DNA of 64,000 bases from the NCBI RefSeq assembly GCF_009914755.1, contig NC_060932.1, one strand, 5' to 3'. Both the position numbers and the translations under genes were made by a program. Every line of letters begins with the position of its first letter. The first letter of the stretch is position 1. This DNA is from the human T2T-CHM13v2.0 reference genome, Homo sapiens. Of this stretch, positions 1 through 12,299 are shown in pieces. The notes under the pieces were generated by a model. It saw only the letters and a program-made list of their open reading frames with translations, was not told the origin of the DNA and did no database searches.

Positions 1-629
1 AAGGCTGTATTTCCTAAACGTATTGGACCACCAAACCCCCTTTTTAAGTAGTTGGTGGGTTATATTTTTGTGAAGCATGATTTGAAAGCACTCTCCTGGT
101 CTCAGTAGCAAATATTTGTTGACTATCTCTTTGGGGAAGTTAAGTGTTTTATTTTTGTAGCATTAGTGGAAGAAGGTAATTTTTCTTCCTGATTTTATTG
201 TTTATAATTGCTCCCTGTCTGGAGTTTGCTAATCAGTAAGCATTGATTTCAACAATATTGTCATTTCTGCATTGACACTGATGCATCTCTCAGGTCTCCA
301 ACAAAAGCTAAGAGTGACATGTACAAAATGTTAGATCACCTGTGGAGGAAAGGGTGTGAGTTCAGGGGAGTCGGAGTCACACTGAGGTTTCATCTCCTGT
401 GAGGAAGATCTTTGATGGGGGGATACAGAAAGCTACAACCACGATGGAGACGTAGTTCTGCAGAAAGGACCCATTTCTGTGCTTATGTCAGTGCTTGGAG
501 AAATCTCCAGGCTCATTTATGTGAGCCACATTTTCATTACAGGAAAATAATTGACACCATGCTTCTTGGCTTTAACTGAAATTTAAGCATTTACACCTGT
601 ATTCATCTTCTAGGGTTTCTACAAGAAAG

Positions 630-938
630 TATCATAAACTGCATGGCTGCATGTACCCTACCTTTCTCAAGTTCCCCAGCAGCTAAGGAAGGCCATGTGA
701 CTGATTTTGGCAGGAATTTATTTTTTCACAGTGCTGGAGACTGGAAGTTCAAAGCCAAGGTGTCAGCAGTCCTTGCCTCCTCCTACCTTCTGGTGGTGGC
801 CATTGATTCTTGGCATTTCTTGGCTTGCAACTGCACCACTTGAGTCTCTGCCTCTTTCCTCACATGGCATTTTCCTCTTACAGGGGTTAGGAATTCAACA
901 TACTTTTTGGAGGGGGCACAATTCAATCCATAGTAACA
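630..938 (-). mobile_element. MaLR LTR fragment (MLT1-type)
   Basis: 'cacagtgctggagactggaagttcaaagccaaggtgtcagcag' and the end 'gggggcacaattcaatccatag' match the MLT1 reverse complement. Confidence 0.7.
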
Positions 939-1223
939 CCAAAGACTCCTTAATTTTCTGTAGGGCAACATAATGTCATGATGGACAGAGCTCTGAGTTA
1001 GGAGTCCGAAGGCCTTAGTGGGCACTTAGCAAATCTCTAGGCTACATTTCTATATATATAAACAAGGATAACAATACACTCCTTGACTTCCCTGTAAGGG
1101 TTGTAACAAAGATATAGAAAAGTGCTCTGTAGCCTTTCAATGATGATAGAAGTGTTATTGTCTTCAAAGAGAAACATGGCTAATGTGGGTAATTGAAATT
1201 TGGCATATGATCTCACACCTTAC

Positions 1224-1479
1224 TTTAGACAATGATTTTGACCTCTACCTCCTTCATCTCTCTACTAGACAAAGACATAATTTTGTTTATATTGCTGCCC
1301 TTGCACTCTCTACTAAGTGATGTTAGATGATGAGGAAAGTCCTTGTCAGTGCAGCCAATTCTCAAATTGAATCTGAAGCATCCGGTAATGGGAAAATGTC
1401 CATATTGCTTCAATAATCATTCTTTAATAGAGTTTCAACTTGGAGAAAAAGACTGAAAAATGCCAGCAGAAGACTTTTT
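1224..1479 (-). pseudogene. Candidate decayed exon of the minus-strand fossil gene
   Basis: Minus-strand acceptor 'tctttttttttag|' at 1480-1481 and donor '|gtaagg' at 1222-1223 bracket non-repeat sequence with a partly open frame (LLKQYGHFPITGCFRFNLRIG...). Confidence 0.3.
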
Positions 1480-2138
1480 CTAAAAAAAAAGACCAACTAC
1501 ATATTAATTAATCTAAAATTACTCAGCTTCAGTTGTATGTGCCTTTAACATGATAATAAGGGAATAGTAGGGCCATGGTTTATAAACCAGTGACTTCATC
1601 TTTAGAAGAACTGGTGATAGTAATGGGAATTTGCAGGCTAGTTCAGTTTTGCAGAAGTTCCCCATATCATATTTTCATTTACTTAGTGCAGGGTAACTCA
1701 AATGTTCATCCTTTTCCTGAGGATAGAATTTACTACATTGTTTATCAATAGTAATACTGGTTATGTCATGTTGGGTAAATGTTCTCTTTGGCAATCATGT
1801 ATCAATCCAAATAAATAAAAATAAGTTACTTATAACATGCAATTTTTTGATATGCAAAATCTTATAAAGCATGGGGTTAAAGGGAGATTGAGATTTTAAA
1901 TAGGGATTCTTGATAGTTAAAATATTGAGAAGAGTGGAGTTGAGGATGAATACTGATGATATGATTCCCCTTTAATGAACACTGGAAAAACAAGGCAGGC
2001 TTCCAAATACTGTGTTCTATTTGTACTTCAACTAATCACTTGACTTAAATGCCTTTTAACTCTGACCTTCTGGAATTTCCTGTGCAATCTTCCACTATTT
2101 AAAATGAAGTCGGCTGATTGATTTCTTTACCATTTCAG

Positions 2139-2470
2139 AATGTCCTGTATCATTTTAATGACTGGAGTGTGACTTTGTTCTCAGCACAATGAGTAACAAA
2201 GCCAAAACACTGGAGAATACGTTTACGTATTCAAGAAAACCTCAGACAAGGAAGAATGCTTTCATAATACAGTACATTAAAATCAGATGAAGCCTCGAAG
2301 GGCAGAATCACCGACCCTGAAAAATCAGAGTGTACTACAGAAGAAGACGACAGCGTTTGAGCACATTTGTTGAAGCAGCCTCCTCTCCCTTATGGTACGA
2401 TAATCCCACACCGTTTTACCATGCTCTCTGGCCTTCCCAGAACATCAATAAAAACTGCATCCCCTGACTT
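2139..2470 (+). ncRNA. Probable 3' terminal exon of a plus-strand (non-coding) transcript
   Basis: Branch-like CTGAT (2114), pyrimidine tract, CAG ending 2138, AATAAA 2447-2452, U/GU-rich downstream element (~2468-2490); no ORF in the >=60-aa track. Confidence 0.45.
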
Positions 2471-2784
2471 TTCTTGGTGGTTTCTGTTATCTTCCCTAAA
2501 CTTTAATTTAATATGATCTTACTTAGGCATTTCTCTTAGAGAGTAGGTCATTATAACGAAGCATTTTTCACCCTCTGGGAAAGAGGTTTCCACATAAGGG
2601 CCAGGCCACGTTTTCCCTTTCATCCAGGGATTCTACCATAAGCAGCCTCTCATCTTCACTTTTCCCAAAAATTTTCTTAAAATCAGTGTATTTTTTTGCA
2701 GGACCGGATATCACATTACATTCTCTAGTTGGGGGTGGGGGGCGGGATGGGAAGTGAGAACAAAGAACGATAACTCCCGAAGTG

Positions 2785-3320
2785 ATTTTTTAAAATGTAA
2801 ACTTTCTTATGAAGCATAACATAGACACGTGCCAACATTAAGCGTACAGCTCCATGAAATTTTATGCAGACACTCACTCATGAAACCACAACTAGAACAG
2901 GAAATAGGATTTTGCCAGCACTCCTATAAGGCACCTTGCAGTCGCTCCCCTCCCCTACCCCACTCCAGAACATAACAAGCTCATTTTCTGACTTCTATCA
3001 CTGTAGATTAATTTGCCGCTTTTCCAAACTTCCGTAAATGGAATCGGACAGTACATACTCTTTGGTACCTGGCTCAATATTCTGTTCCTTGAGTGTGCTG
3101 AAGCAGTCATTTGTTCAATTTTATTGCTGACTCATATTCTGTGCTATGAAAATGTAACAATTTATTTTTCCATTCTACCACTAATGGGCCTCTAGAGTCT
3201 TTCTACTATTTGACCATAATGGAAAATGCTGCAATAAAAATTGTTGTGCACGTCTTTTGAGAGCACATGTACCTATTTCTGTGGATATATACCTAGACGT
3301 GTAATATCTGGGTCATAAAT
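2785..3320 (-). mobile_element. Old L1 (L1M) 3' fragment
   Basis: Typical antisense L1M 3' text such as 'gtaaatggaatcggacagtacatactcttt...ctggct' and 'atatatacctag'. Confidence 0.7.
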
Positions 3321-3324
3321 AGTC

Positions 3325-3520
3325 GTGTGCCTATGCAGGCTTGCAGTGCCTCATGAGAGCCTAGTTTTTGCAGTCTAATTGTTAAAAATAGCCATAACTG
3401 AAAATTAAGTTATGTAAACTTACCATTAAATAAAATAATTTTTAAACAATAATAAATACTCAAAACTGATTGTTTCCTATTTTACTACATTTGACTAACA
3501 TCTGTTTGATTAATGAACAT
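3325..3520. mobile_element. hAT-Blackjack (MER63-like) fragment
   Basis: 'catgagagcc...gttaaaaatagccata...aaattaagttatgtaaacttac' resembles MER63 internal sequence. Confidence 0.45.
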
Positions 3521-3575
3521 TTTATTATTGCTGCTTAATTTATGATTCTACCTAAGATATTTTATTTTTATTTAC

Positions 3576-3871
3576 TTTTTTTTTTTGAGACAGAGTTTCA
3601 CTCTGCTTGCCCAGGCTGGAGTGCAGTGGCTCAGTCTAGCCTCACTGCAGCCTCGACCTCCCAGGCTCAGGTGACTCTCCCACTTCAGCCTCCCAAGCAA
3701 CTGGGACTACAGGCATGTGCTACCATACCCAGCTAACATTTTTGTATTTTTAGTAGAGATGGGGTTTCACCATGTTGCCCAGGCTGGCCTTGAACTCCTG
3801 GACTCAAGCAATCTGCCAACCTCGGCATCCTAGAGTGTTGGGATTATAGGCATGAGCCACAACACGCAGCC
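3576..3871 (-). mobile_element. Alu (AluJ-like)
   Basis: Poly-T followed by a full antisense Alu dimer with high divergence. Confidence 0.95.
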
Positions 3872-4181
3872 TGATACTTTAGGATTCCGGCAAATAGAAG
3901 ATATTAATACAAAACAAAAACAACAAAAGCATTTAATCTAACTTATGGTAGAGACTTCCAATCTCAAGAGTCAGTGCCTCCCTTATTTTAACCAGTCACC
4001 ATAGAAAACCTGAAAAACAGAGCCTGTAAGAGGCATCTGAGAGGTCTTCAAGAGACTGAAAATACTAACCAGGCCTCGGGAGGACTGAGAAGATCTGCTG
4101 TGCTGACCCTCCAGTTTTGACCAACATGTACAAATGGAGTCATGCTTTCATCTCATACCCACAATTCTGCTCGGGACGTAA

Positions 4182-4591
4182 TGTCTTAGTCTGTTTGGGC
4201 TGCTATAGCAAAATACCTGAGGTTGGGTAATTTATAAAGAGTAGAGATTTATTCTCTTACAGTTCTGGAATCTGGGAAGTCCAAAATCAAGGTGCCAGTA
4301 GATTCCATGTCTGATGAGGGTGCGGTCTCTGCTTCAAAGATGGCAGCTTGATGCTGCATCCTCCCGAGGGAGAAATGCTGGGTCTTCACATGGCAGGAGG
4401 AACAGGAGGGCAAAAGGGGGTCAAGTTTTTCCCTCCATCAAGCTTTTTTTTTTTAATGGCATTAATCTGTTCATGAGGATGGAGCTCTTACGATCTAAAC
4501 ACCTCCCAAAACCCCCCACCTCCCAGAACTCTTGCATTGGGGATTAAATTTCCAACACATGAATTTTAGGGGACATGTTGAGCCCATAGCA
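4182..4591 (-). mobile_element. MaLR solo LTR (MST/MLT1A-type)
   Basis: Starts 'tgtcttagtctgtttgggctgctatagcaaaatac', ends 'cccatagca'. Confidence 0.85.
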
Positions 4592-4741
4592 CTTGGTAAG
4601 AGAGAGGAAAACAAAAAGCAGTGGGCAGAGGCACAGATGAGATGAGATGATCAGGACCTGTCTGAAAGTTGCATGCTTCCCCACCCCCATTTACTGTGAA
4701 TCTTTCCTCACTTCCTTCTTTGTCTGGATCATAGAATGATA

Positions 4742-4763
4742 TACGTGCTGCCGAAGCGAGTGG
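4742..4763 (-). pseudogene. RNU6: 3'-truncated (tailless) U6 snRNA retrocopy, U6 nt ~1-24
   Basis: Reverse complement 'ctcgcttcggcagcacgtata' matches the U6 5' end CTCGCTTCGGCAGCACATATA (20/21). Flanked by 17-bp direct repeats tggatcatagaatgata (4725-4741) and tggatcgcagaatgata (4764-4780). Confidence 0.8.
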
Positions 4764-4929
4764 TGGATCGCAGAATGATAAGGGAGAATTTGGTAAATGG
4801 GAAGGGTGGTTTTTGTGTCTCCAATGGCCTGATCAGTATAATGATGTGGCTTGAAAAAATAATCCCTTAGGTTACAATCAGTTCAAATTATTGAGTCGGC
4901 ATTTAATCATTGCAGCACGTATTAGAATC

Positions 4930-5115
4930 GTGTTCATGACACTTTGAGGTGCATTGATCTTTAATAAGGTAAGAAGAGAACATTGGCTTAATTTTACATA
5001 TGAAGAAAGTGAACCTTAGAGGGAAAAAGTGACCTTCTTATGAGCCCAAGTGAGTTAGTAGAAGAGTTAACTGGATCTAGAAACTCAAATTCCTAACTCC
5101 CAGGCACGTCCTCTT
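4930..5115 (-). mobile_element. MIR
   Basis: 'ttttacatatgaagaaagtgaaccttagaggg...gtgacctt' resembles the MIR core. Confidence 0.55.
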
Positions 5116-5350
5116 TATCACTCCTGGTGGCTTTTTTTATTATTATTAGTGATACTAGTGATACTGGATCCCAGAAGACACTACAGTGAAGTTCGGAGTT
5201 TCCCTTATTCTGCTGTTTATTCTGTTGACTGCAATGCAACCAATGGGCCTTAACACTTGGACCCATAATTAATTTTAGATTACAAGAGAGAATTCAACTC
5301 ACACTAGATTGAGTAGGGGGAGACAAGGAGCGAAATTTATTGGATGGAGT

Positions 5351-6166
5351 TGAAACGGGAAAAGTTACCTTGTCCCCCTCACAGGGCATGAGACATGGGG
5401 AGTGACTCGCTTCTTCAGTGCCCTGCTGCTCACACCTCTTGGGAAGCATACAGACAGGCAGGCTGTGGGGCTCTGACTCCCTCCCGCACTCTGTAGGGGT
5501 GAATGTTTGCAGCTTCTGAAGCCCCAGTGGGCATGTGTTACAGGGTGCTCTGAGTTTGCATGTATAGGCGGCTTTTGTTAACCAGCTCAATTAGACGCTC
5601 TACCTCCTTGCAAGGACAGAGGGCTTTTTGTATTCCCGGTTCTTGCCTTGGTCTACTGAAGAACTGGATCACTAGCGGGCTTGGAGAATGAGTGCAAAGT
5701 TTTGAGTGGAAATAGCTGTCTGCCAATGGGGAACTATGAGGGAGATGGTTTTCCCTTGGAGTTGGGCCACTGGGCACCCCAGCTCTCTGACTGCCCTGGC
5801 CAAACTCTGCCTCGTCCCACCAGCCAGTGGCCTGCGGGCATGCCGCAGTCAGTTGGTGTGCTCTTCTGCCTGCCTGCCGCTTGCCTTGTCTTCTGCTGAT
5901 GTGCTTCTCTCCATGTCTGGCCACCTGCGTCTCTGCCTTGCTAGGGTCTGGAGTTTTCATAGGCCCAGGGTGGGGGCGTGGCAGGCCAGGGTCGTCTTGG
6001 GAAATGCAACATTTGGGCAGGAAGGCAGGAGTGCCTGTCCTCACCTAGGTCCGTGGGGGTGGAGCCCTAGCCAGGGACCACGCCCTCCTCTACCCAGCAC
6101 TTCCCTTTCCCCTTTCCATATTATTCAAAGGGACCATGCTCTTCCCTTCTCAGCACTTCCGTATCA
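5351..6166 (-). mobile_element. ERV1 solo LTR (LTR1-family-like)
   Basis: TG...CA termini, 4-bp TSD GAGT (5347-5350 / 6167-6170); minus strand begins TGATACGGAAGTGCTGAGAAGGGAAG. Confidence 0.85.
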
Positions 6167-6789
6167 GAGTGCAGGTGGCCTTGGTAATGATTAGCACAGG
6201 GGACTCAAATGTCGTCCACTTTCCTCTTCATTTACTGCCTCTGCTTTGCTCAGCATGATAGCTTGTCTCTTACTTCACCTCTCCTTTCTCCAAGCTGCAG
6301 CAGACACAACGGGTGACAGCTCATCAACTCTGAGAGGAAAGGGATTCCCTTTCATGCTCTTTTCTAAAAACAATCTGTAAGGGAAATTTTGATTGTCATG
6401 ACCTTGGATATAAGTCCACTTCCCTGCAAAAATCAAAACGGCTGGGAAGATACGATATTATGACAGGCCATGTTGAGAAAGGTCTCTGCAGGTAAACAAA
6501 TAATTGAGGCCAGAAAGGTAAGGTAGCTGTTTTATAAACCACATCAGCAATGGAATGGGGGTGGTAAGGAATAATTCTCTTAAAAACAGGTGGGTACCAT
6601 GGTCGAGGTGGATACCACTGGGGTTGTGAGAAGCCAGGAAGCCACATCATCTTTTACCAAGAGGATGGCCTCAATATCACACTATTTATTATTTGAGTTA
6701 CAAGGTTGTAGAGGGAAGCAAATGTCAACTGAACAAAAGCCCTCACGAATGAACTGTCTGTCCACTTAGGGAAATTGTCACTGATTTTC

Positions 6790-7400
6790 TTTTTAGATTT
6801 TGGAAATAAAATTGTTATCACAATGCCGCATAATGGAAAACAATTGACAAGTGAAATCAGCAATCATGCAAAAGTTGACTTGAAAAAACAGATTTCGGGA
6901 AACTGCTCAAATCATACACATATCTGTTGATAATGAGGACCTGACAAAGTAACAGCAGTTTACAACTGAGGAAAAGAGAGCCAATGATTGCATGATGTGA
7001 TTTCAGTATCAGAGAATTAAGAATGGCCCCTGGGAAACAGGTCAAATCCTAGAATGTTTTAGTGAAATAATCCTCTTTACCATCACACTGCATCAATGAG
7101 GCACATAAAGGAAAGGTGTGTAAAAGGGCCAACCTACATTTTTGGAAAGACAATGCACCCCAAAACTTTATACATAAACATTTCCTTTATTGTTTGTTCA
7201 TTTTAAAGAATTAATATATACATGCAATGAAAACCAATATTTTATTAAATATAAGATAAAATAAGCTTATATTTACAATTCCCCTGGTTACTTTTCAAGA
7301 TTAAATCTTTTTTTTAACTATTTACTATGAAATGTTAGTATTCCTGTAAGGTGATTCTCCACAATTGATGTTTTCTGGTTAGCAATATTCCAAAGTAATC
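6790..7400 (+). mobile_element. TcMar-Tigger DNA transposon relic (Tigger15a/MamRep434-like)
   Basis: 'gaaactgctcaaatcatacaca...aatgaggacctgaca' and downstream sequence resemble the Tigger transposase C-terminal coding region. Confidence 0.55.
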
Positions 7401-7741
7401 TATCTATAAGTTGCTGTTTCAAAGAGCTCCTCTTACTAAGCTAAATGATTTTGAAATGTGGTTTAGGGCACCTAAAATTGTTTGTTTATTTCTCTCCTTC
7501 CTCTAAGTAGTTGTGCCATTTCAGCTTATCCTACAATGGCTTCTTGGAGAGTTCCAGCTGACATATAATCTTTGTACATATCTAGTTGAATGAATTCAAT
7601 ATTATTAATTGCAGTTCAATTTGATTATGATACACTGAATTGCTTCAAAGTGGACAGATATCTTGTATTTGAGCATTGTAGTTTTGGTGATATATTTTTA
7701 ACTGGTTATTTGACCTCTGGGAAAGGTCAATCTGAAGCTCA

Positions 7742-8235
7742 ATGGCAAGACTAACAACTATTCAGGACAATTGCTTAATATTAAATGATGCAATATACAT
7801 GATTTCTTGTATATGGAGACAATCAGTGCTAGTTGATATTGACTTTGTTTTCCTATTTACTTATAAGGATGATGCTTACGTTGCAGCTAAAAGTGCTCAA
7901 GAAGCTTTGGCAGACTCAGGTCTCATAGCCATAAATAGTATTAAATGTAAGACAAAAAACTGTGGTGTCTCTCCGAATAACTGACAACACACTACAACAT
8001 AATGCAAAACAATTGCCAAGTGAAATCACAAACTGTGAAAAATGCCCCGAAAAAAAAGCATTTGGGAGAACTGCTCAAACAATACATAAGTCCATTACTA
8101 ACATTTTCAACACTTGTTAGGCCAGAATAAAATATGCCATAATTATTGTTTTAGTGGAAGGATCATGGGAGTCAGATCACAAGAATGTATGCCAACGTGC
8201 TCTGAAAACCCTTGTCATTACACTGCACCAGCACA
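7742..8235 (+). mobile_element. Second Tigger-type relic with transposase-like remnant
   Basis: ORF 7742-7984 contains LNDAIYMISCIW, like the pogo/TIGD DDE_1 'LDAIxMxxxAW' motif; 7990-8100 is ~70% similar to 6821-6934. Confidence 0.5.
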
Positions 8236-8748
8236 TTCCAACCTATCATGAGCTTTATTTCCATGAATCCATTTTCCCAGGACCTAATAGTGTCTTGTTA
8301 ATCATACTTAAAATTTTGAGCTGACAAAACAAATAGAGCAGAAAGAGCTAAAAGCTACCCTAAGTCTTTCTAAGCCAGCCGATTTGATAATAATACTATT
8401 CATGCCCTCTCTTTTTAAGTCATTTTTTGAGATAAAATTCACATAACTTATTTTAAGCATTTTAAAGTGCACAGTTCAATGGTTTTAGTATTATATACTC
8501 ATAATGTTATGCAAGTATCATCACAATCTGATTCCAGACTATTTCCCCTGCCCTCCAAAAGAAACTCTTCTCTTGAACATACTTCTGGAGGGGCAACACA
8601 AAGTCCAGCACTAATATTTATACATTTTCAATTTTTTTAATTCCCAAGGGTAATATAAACTTGAATGCACTAGGGAAAAGAGGTTACTTGAAACAGGAAT
8701 TCAGAGTTTTAAAGCAAATATTAACAGTTCATTACCTGGAGGGGTAGT

Positions 8749-9304
8749 TGTGGTAGCCTGCCTTTAAGATGGCTTGCAGTGATCTCTGCCTCCTGTCTGT
8801 CACTCTCCGGATAATACCCTCCCAGACGATATCAGGATTGGTCTGGATGATCAGTGGAACACTGCAGAAGTGATGCCATGTGACTCCTTAGGTTAGATTA
8901 TAAAAGATATTGTGGTTCAGCCTTGCTTTCTCCCTCAGTTCACTCCCTCTGTGGGAAGCCAGCTATCATATCATGAAGACACTCAAACAACCTATAGAGT
9001 GCCTAATGGAGCAAGGAACTGAGGCTTTCTGCCACCTGTCAGCAAGGAGCTAAAGCTTTCTTCCAACAGCCATGTGAGTGTGCCATCTTGAAAGCAGAAC
9101 CTACATACCCAGTCAAGTCATCAGATGAGACTGCAGCCGTGGATTATACCTTGATGACAGCCTCATGAGAGTCCTTGAGCCAGAGCCACTCAGTTAAGCT
9201 ACACCTGGGTTCCTGACCCTTTGAAACTATGTGTAATAAAGGTCTGTGGTTTTCTACTGCTAAATTTTGAGGTAATTTTTTTACAGAGTAATAGACAACA
9301 TACA
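8749..9304 (+). mobile_element. MaLR solo LTR (MLT1F-like)
   Basis: 'tgtggtagcctgcctttaagatggc' to 'aatagacaacataca'; degenerate 5-bp TSD gtagt/gtggt. Confidence 0.85.
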
Positions 9305-10411
9305 GTGGTATTAGGTTAATAATTCAGCAAACATGGGAATATGAGAAGAGGAAGTATCTCTGCCATTTTGGGCAAAGCACTGAGGCTCATAGATACACAG
9401 TCAATGTACAATCCCTTTAACTGTCACTAACTTTGAGCAGATCAGATCAGATTGCAGCTTCCACATATAGTCTTTTCCCTGCCACCAGAATGCACTATTG
9501 CAACTTCTTTTTTCAATTAATACAGTCCTTGTTCAAATTAAGTCTATATCATACACAAATCAGTAGAGAGACTTACATAGTATAATTTTTGATGGTCCTG
9601 TTCTTGGCTAGATGGAAGACTTTAATCCCCTGAAACTTCACTGGGATGGGCTGAGAGAAGGTTGAAATAAGTACTTTCCAGAAGCGCCTTCCAATTTTTC
9701 TCTATGTTTATTTGTACTGGGTTTTACTGAAAAAGGTAGAACAAACAAACATAAATTTAAATCAAATGCAAACAAAATGGCAAACCAATTTAAAATAAGT
9801 AAAGGATCAAGGAAGAGAGAGTTTGAAAATGTTAAACCAGGTATTAAACCCTTCCCCAACCCTACCCTTCAGGAGAGGCACTAGGTTCTCCTTTCCTGGA
9901 GAACCGTCTATTCTTTGAGGTGCTCACACCACTCTACAATGTTTTCTTTTGGCACCAAAATATGTTTATACAATTCAAACCTCCAGTCTGTTCAGATCTT
10001 GTTAAAACTTGTTGTGCTTTGCTAACTCCTAATATAAAGTCAGTGCATTTTTGTAGTTTAGGCCATAGACTTAAGCTGCATTTCACTAAATGTTTTCCTG
10101 ATACCATCAATTTCTGTCACTTAGTCAAGTGACGGGAGGTGCAGTAGATTTTCTTTTTGAAGGAATGTGCACCAAAAATTTGCTTAATAATTCTGGGCAT
10201 CAGGTTCTTGGACTTGCAGTAGCTCTAAGATGGCAATGGTGAGAATAAGCCAGATGCCATCCACTTACAAACATCAACAGTTGGGAGCCAGGGGAACTCA
10301 TCTCCTGTTTCATCAAATGAAAACATCACACAGATGCATTTTGTAAATTGGGCATGAGGAACAGACAAAAATCCATGAGTTCATTTGTTTTAAAAATAGG
10401 CCCCAAAATAA

Positions 10412-10789
<378 letters not shown>

Positions 10790-10920
10790 TAAAAAAATTA
10801 ACAACAGAAATTTATTTCTCATAGTTCTGGAGCCTGGAAAGTCCAAGATCACACCACCAGCAGATTTGATTTCTGGTGACAGCCCACTTTCTGATTCACA
10901 GAAAGTGCCCTCTAGTTGTG
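10790..10920 (-). mobile_element. MaLR LTR fragment
   Basis: 'aacaacagaaatttatttctcatagttctggagcctggaaagtccaagatc'. Confidence 0.7.
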
Positions 10921-10924
10921 TCAT

Positions 10925-11470
10925 CTCATTATGCTTTCAAGATTTATCTATTTTTGATGCATATAGATTATTCTTTTTTCGTAGTAACATATTCCATTAT
11001 ATTATAATATCATAGTTTTATATTTTCTAAACAATACTGGAGTGAACACACTTGTACTTATCTTGGGACAATTCAAACCTCCAGTTTCACTTCTACGATA
11101 TGTAGAAGTGAAATTGCTCTCTAAAATGGCTGTATCAATTTTTATTCCCACTTCCAGTGTATGAAAATTCTCATTATCTTAACATTTGGGGACCATTAGA
11201 TTGTTTAATTTTTGTCAATTTGATGAGTATGAAATTGTAACTCGTTTAAATTTGTATTCTCCTAAATTCTAGTAAAGCTAAGCACCATTTCATAGATTTT
11301 GGCTCATTCTGCCTCCTTCTTTGATGAATTGCCTGTTCATTTCCTTTGCCCATTTCCCTATAGGGTAGTTATTATTTTCCTCATTAACTTGTAGGACATG
11401 TTTATATATTCTGATTATCAATCTTTCATCAGTTATATGCACCACAAATATCTTAATCCAGTCAGCTCCC
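10925..11470 (-). mobile_element. Old L1 (L1ME-like) fragment
   Basis: Minus ORF 11290-11517 (ITDERLIIRIYK...PIGKWAKEMNRQF) is the L1 ORF2 C-terminus. Confidence 0.8.
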
Positions 11471-11664
11471 CTTAAAACATATGTATTTATGGTGAAGCTT
11501 GGTTTTCTCAATTGCAAAATGTGGATTATACCATCTCACTCACAGATAAATCAGATAATATGCATGAAAGTTCCTGCTGCAGTGCCATGCAGAGATTAGG
11601 TGTTTGGTAAATGTGAGTTCCCTCCCTTTTCCTTTAAAGAACTTCAGGATCTAGCAATATAGCA

Positions 11665-11895
11665 GTGGCTGAGATAATAGGCTCTAGAGTTGGACTGGGG
11701 ACTTACTGAATCCCAGCATATGGTGGCTCTGTGGACTTGGACACTGCTTTAAGCTCTCTGAGCCTCAGTTTGTGCATCTGTAAAACAGATATCGTAATAT
11801 TTGCTTGACAGAGTTACTGTGAGGAATAAAGCACCAGCTAGGTAGTGCTGGCCCAATAGTAAGCCCTCATAACAGTGGTAGATGCTATTATTGTT
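11665..11895 (+). mobile_element. MIR
   Basis: 'ctctctgagcctcagtttgtgcatctgtaaaa' MIR core. Confidence 0.75.
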
Positions 11896-12299
11896 GTTAT
11901 TATTATTAGAGAAAATAAGAGTTGCATTTGAATAACAAATGTGAACTATGTGAAATATGATCATCTGTCTATAAGAGAAGTACTAGCTAACTGCTATGAG
12001 AATGCAAAAGGAAAGAAGAGATTATGTCTAGCCAGGAGTTGACAGAGATCCAGGGAAGACTTCACAGAGGAAATGCCATTTAAATGCTGCTTGGAGGAAG
12101 GGTGGATGAGACATAAATAATCAGAATTAGAGGAGAAGCAGATTTTTGCAAATGAAACAAATTATGTGGAAGCATTAAGCAAACACACAAACAAGAAAAA
12201 AAAATACGCCCTAGTATTCCAGCTGTGTAACAGTGTGGGATGATGGGAGAGGGAGTTGTAGAAAAGCTGGAAAGAGATGATAAGACCAGATCATAAGCG

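Noticed and set aside
5294-6194. Cluster of the longest ORFs in the window (up to 168 aa)
   Set aside because: All lie largely within a GC-rich solo LTR; chance ORFs.
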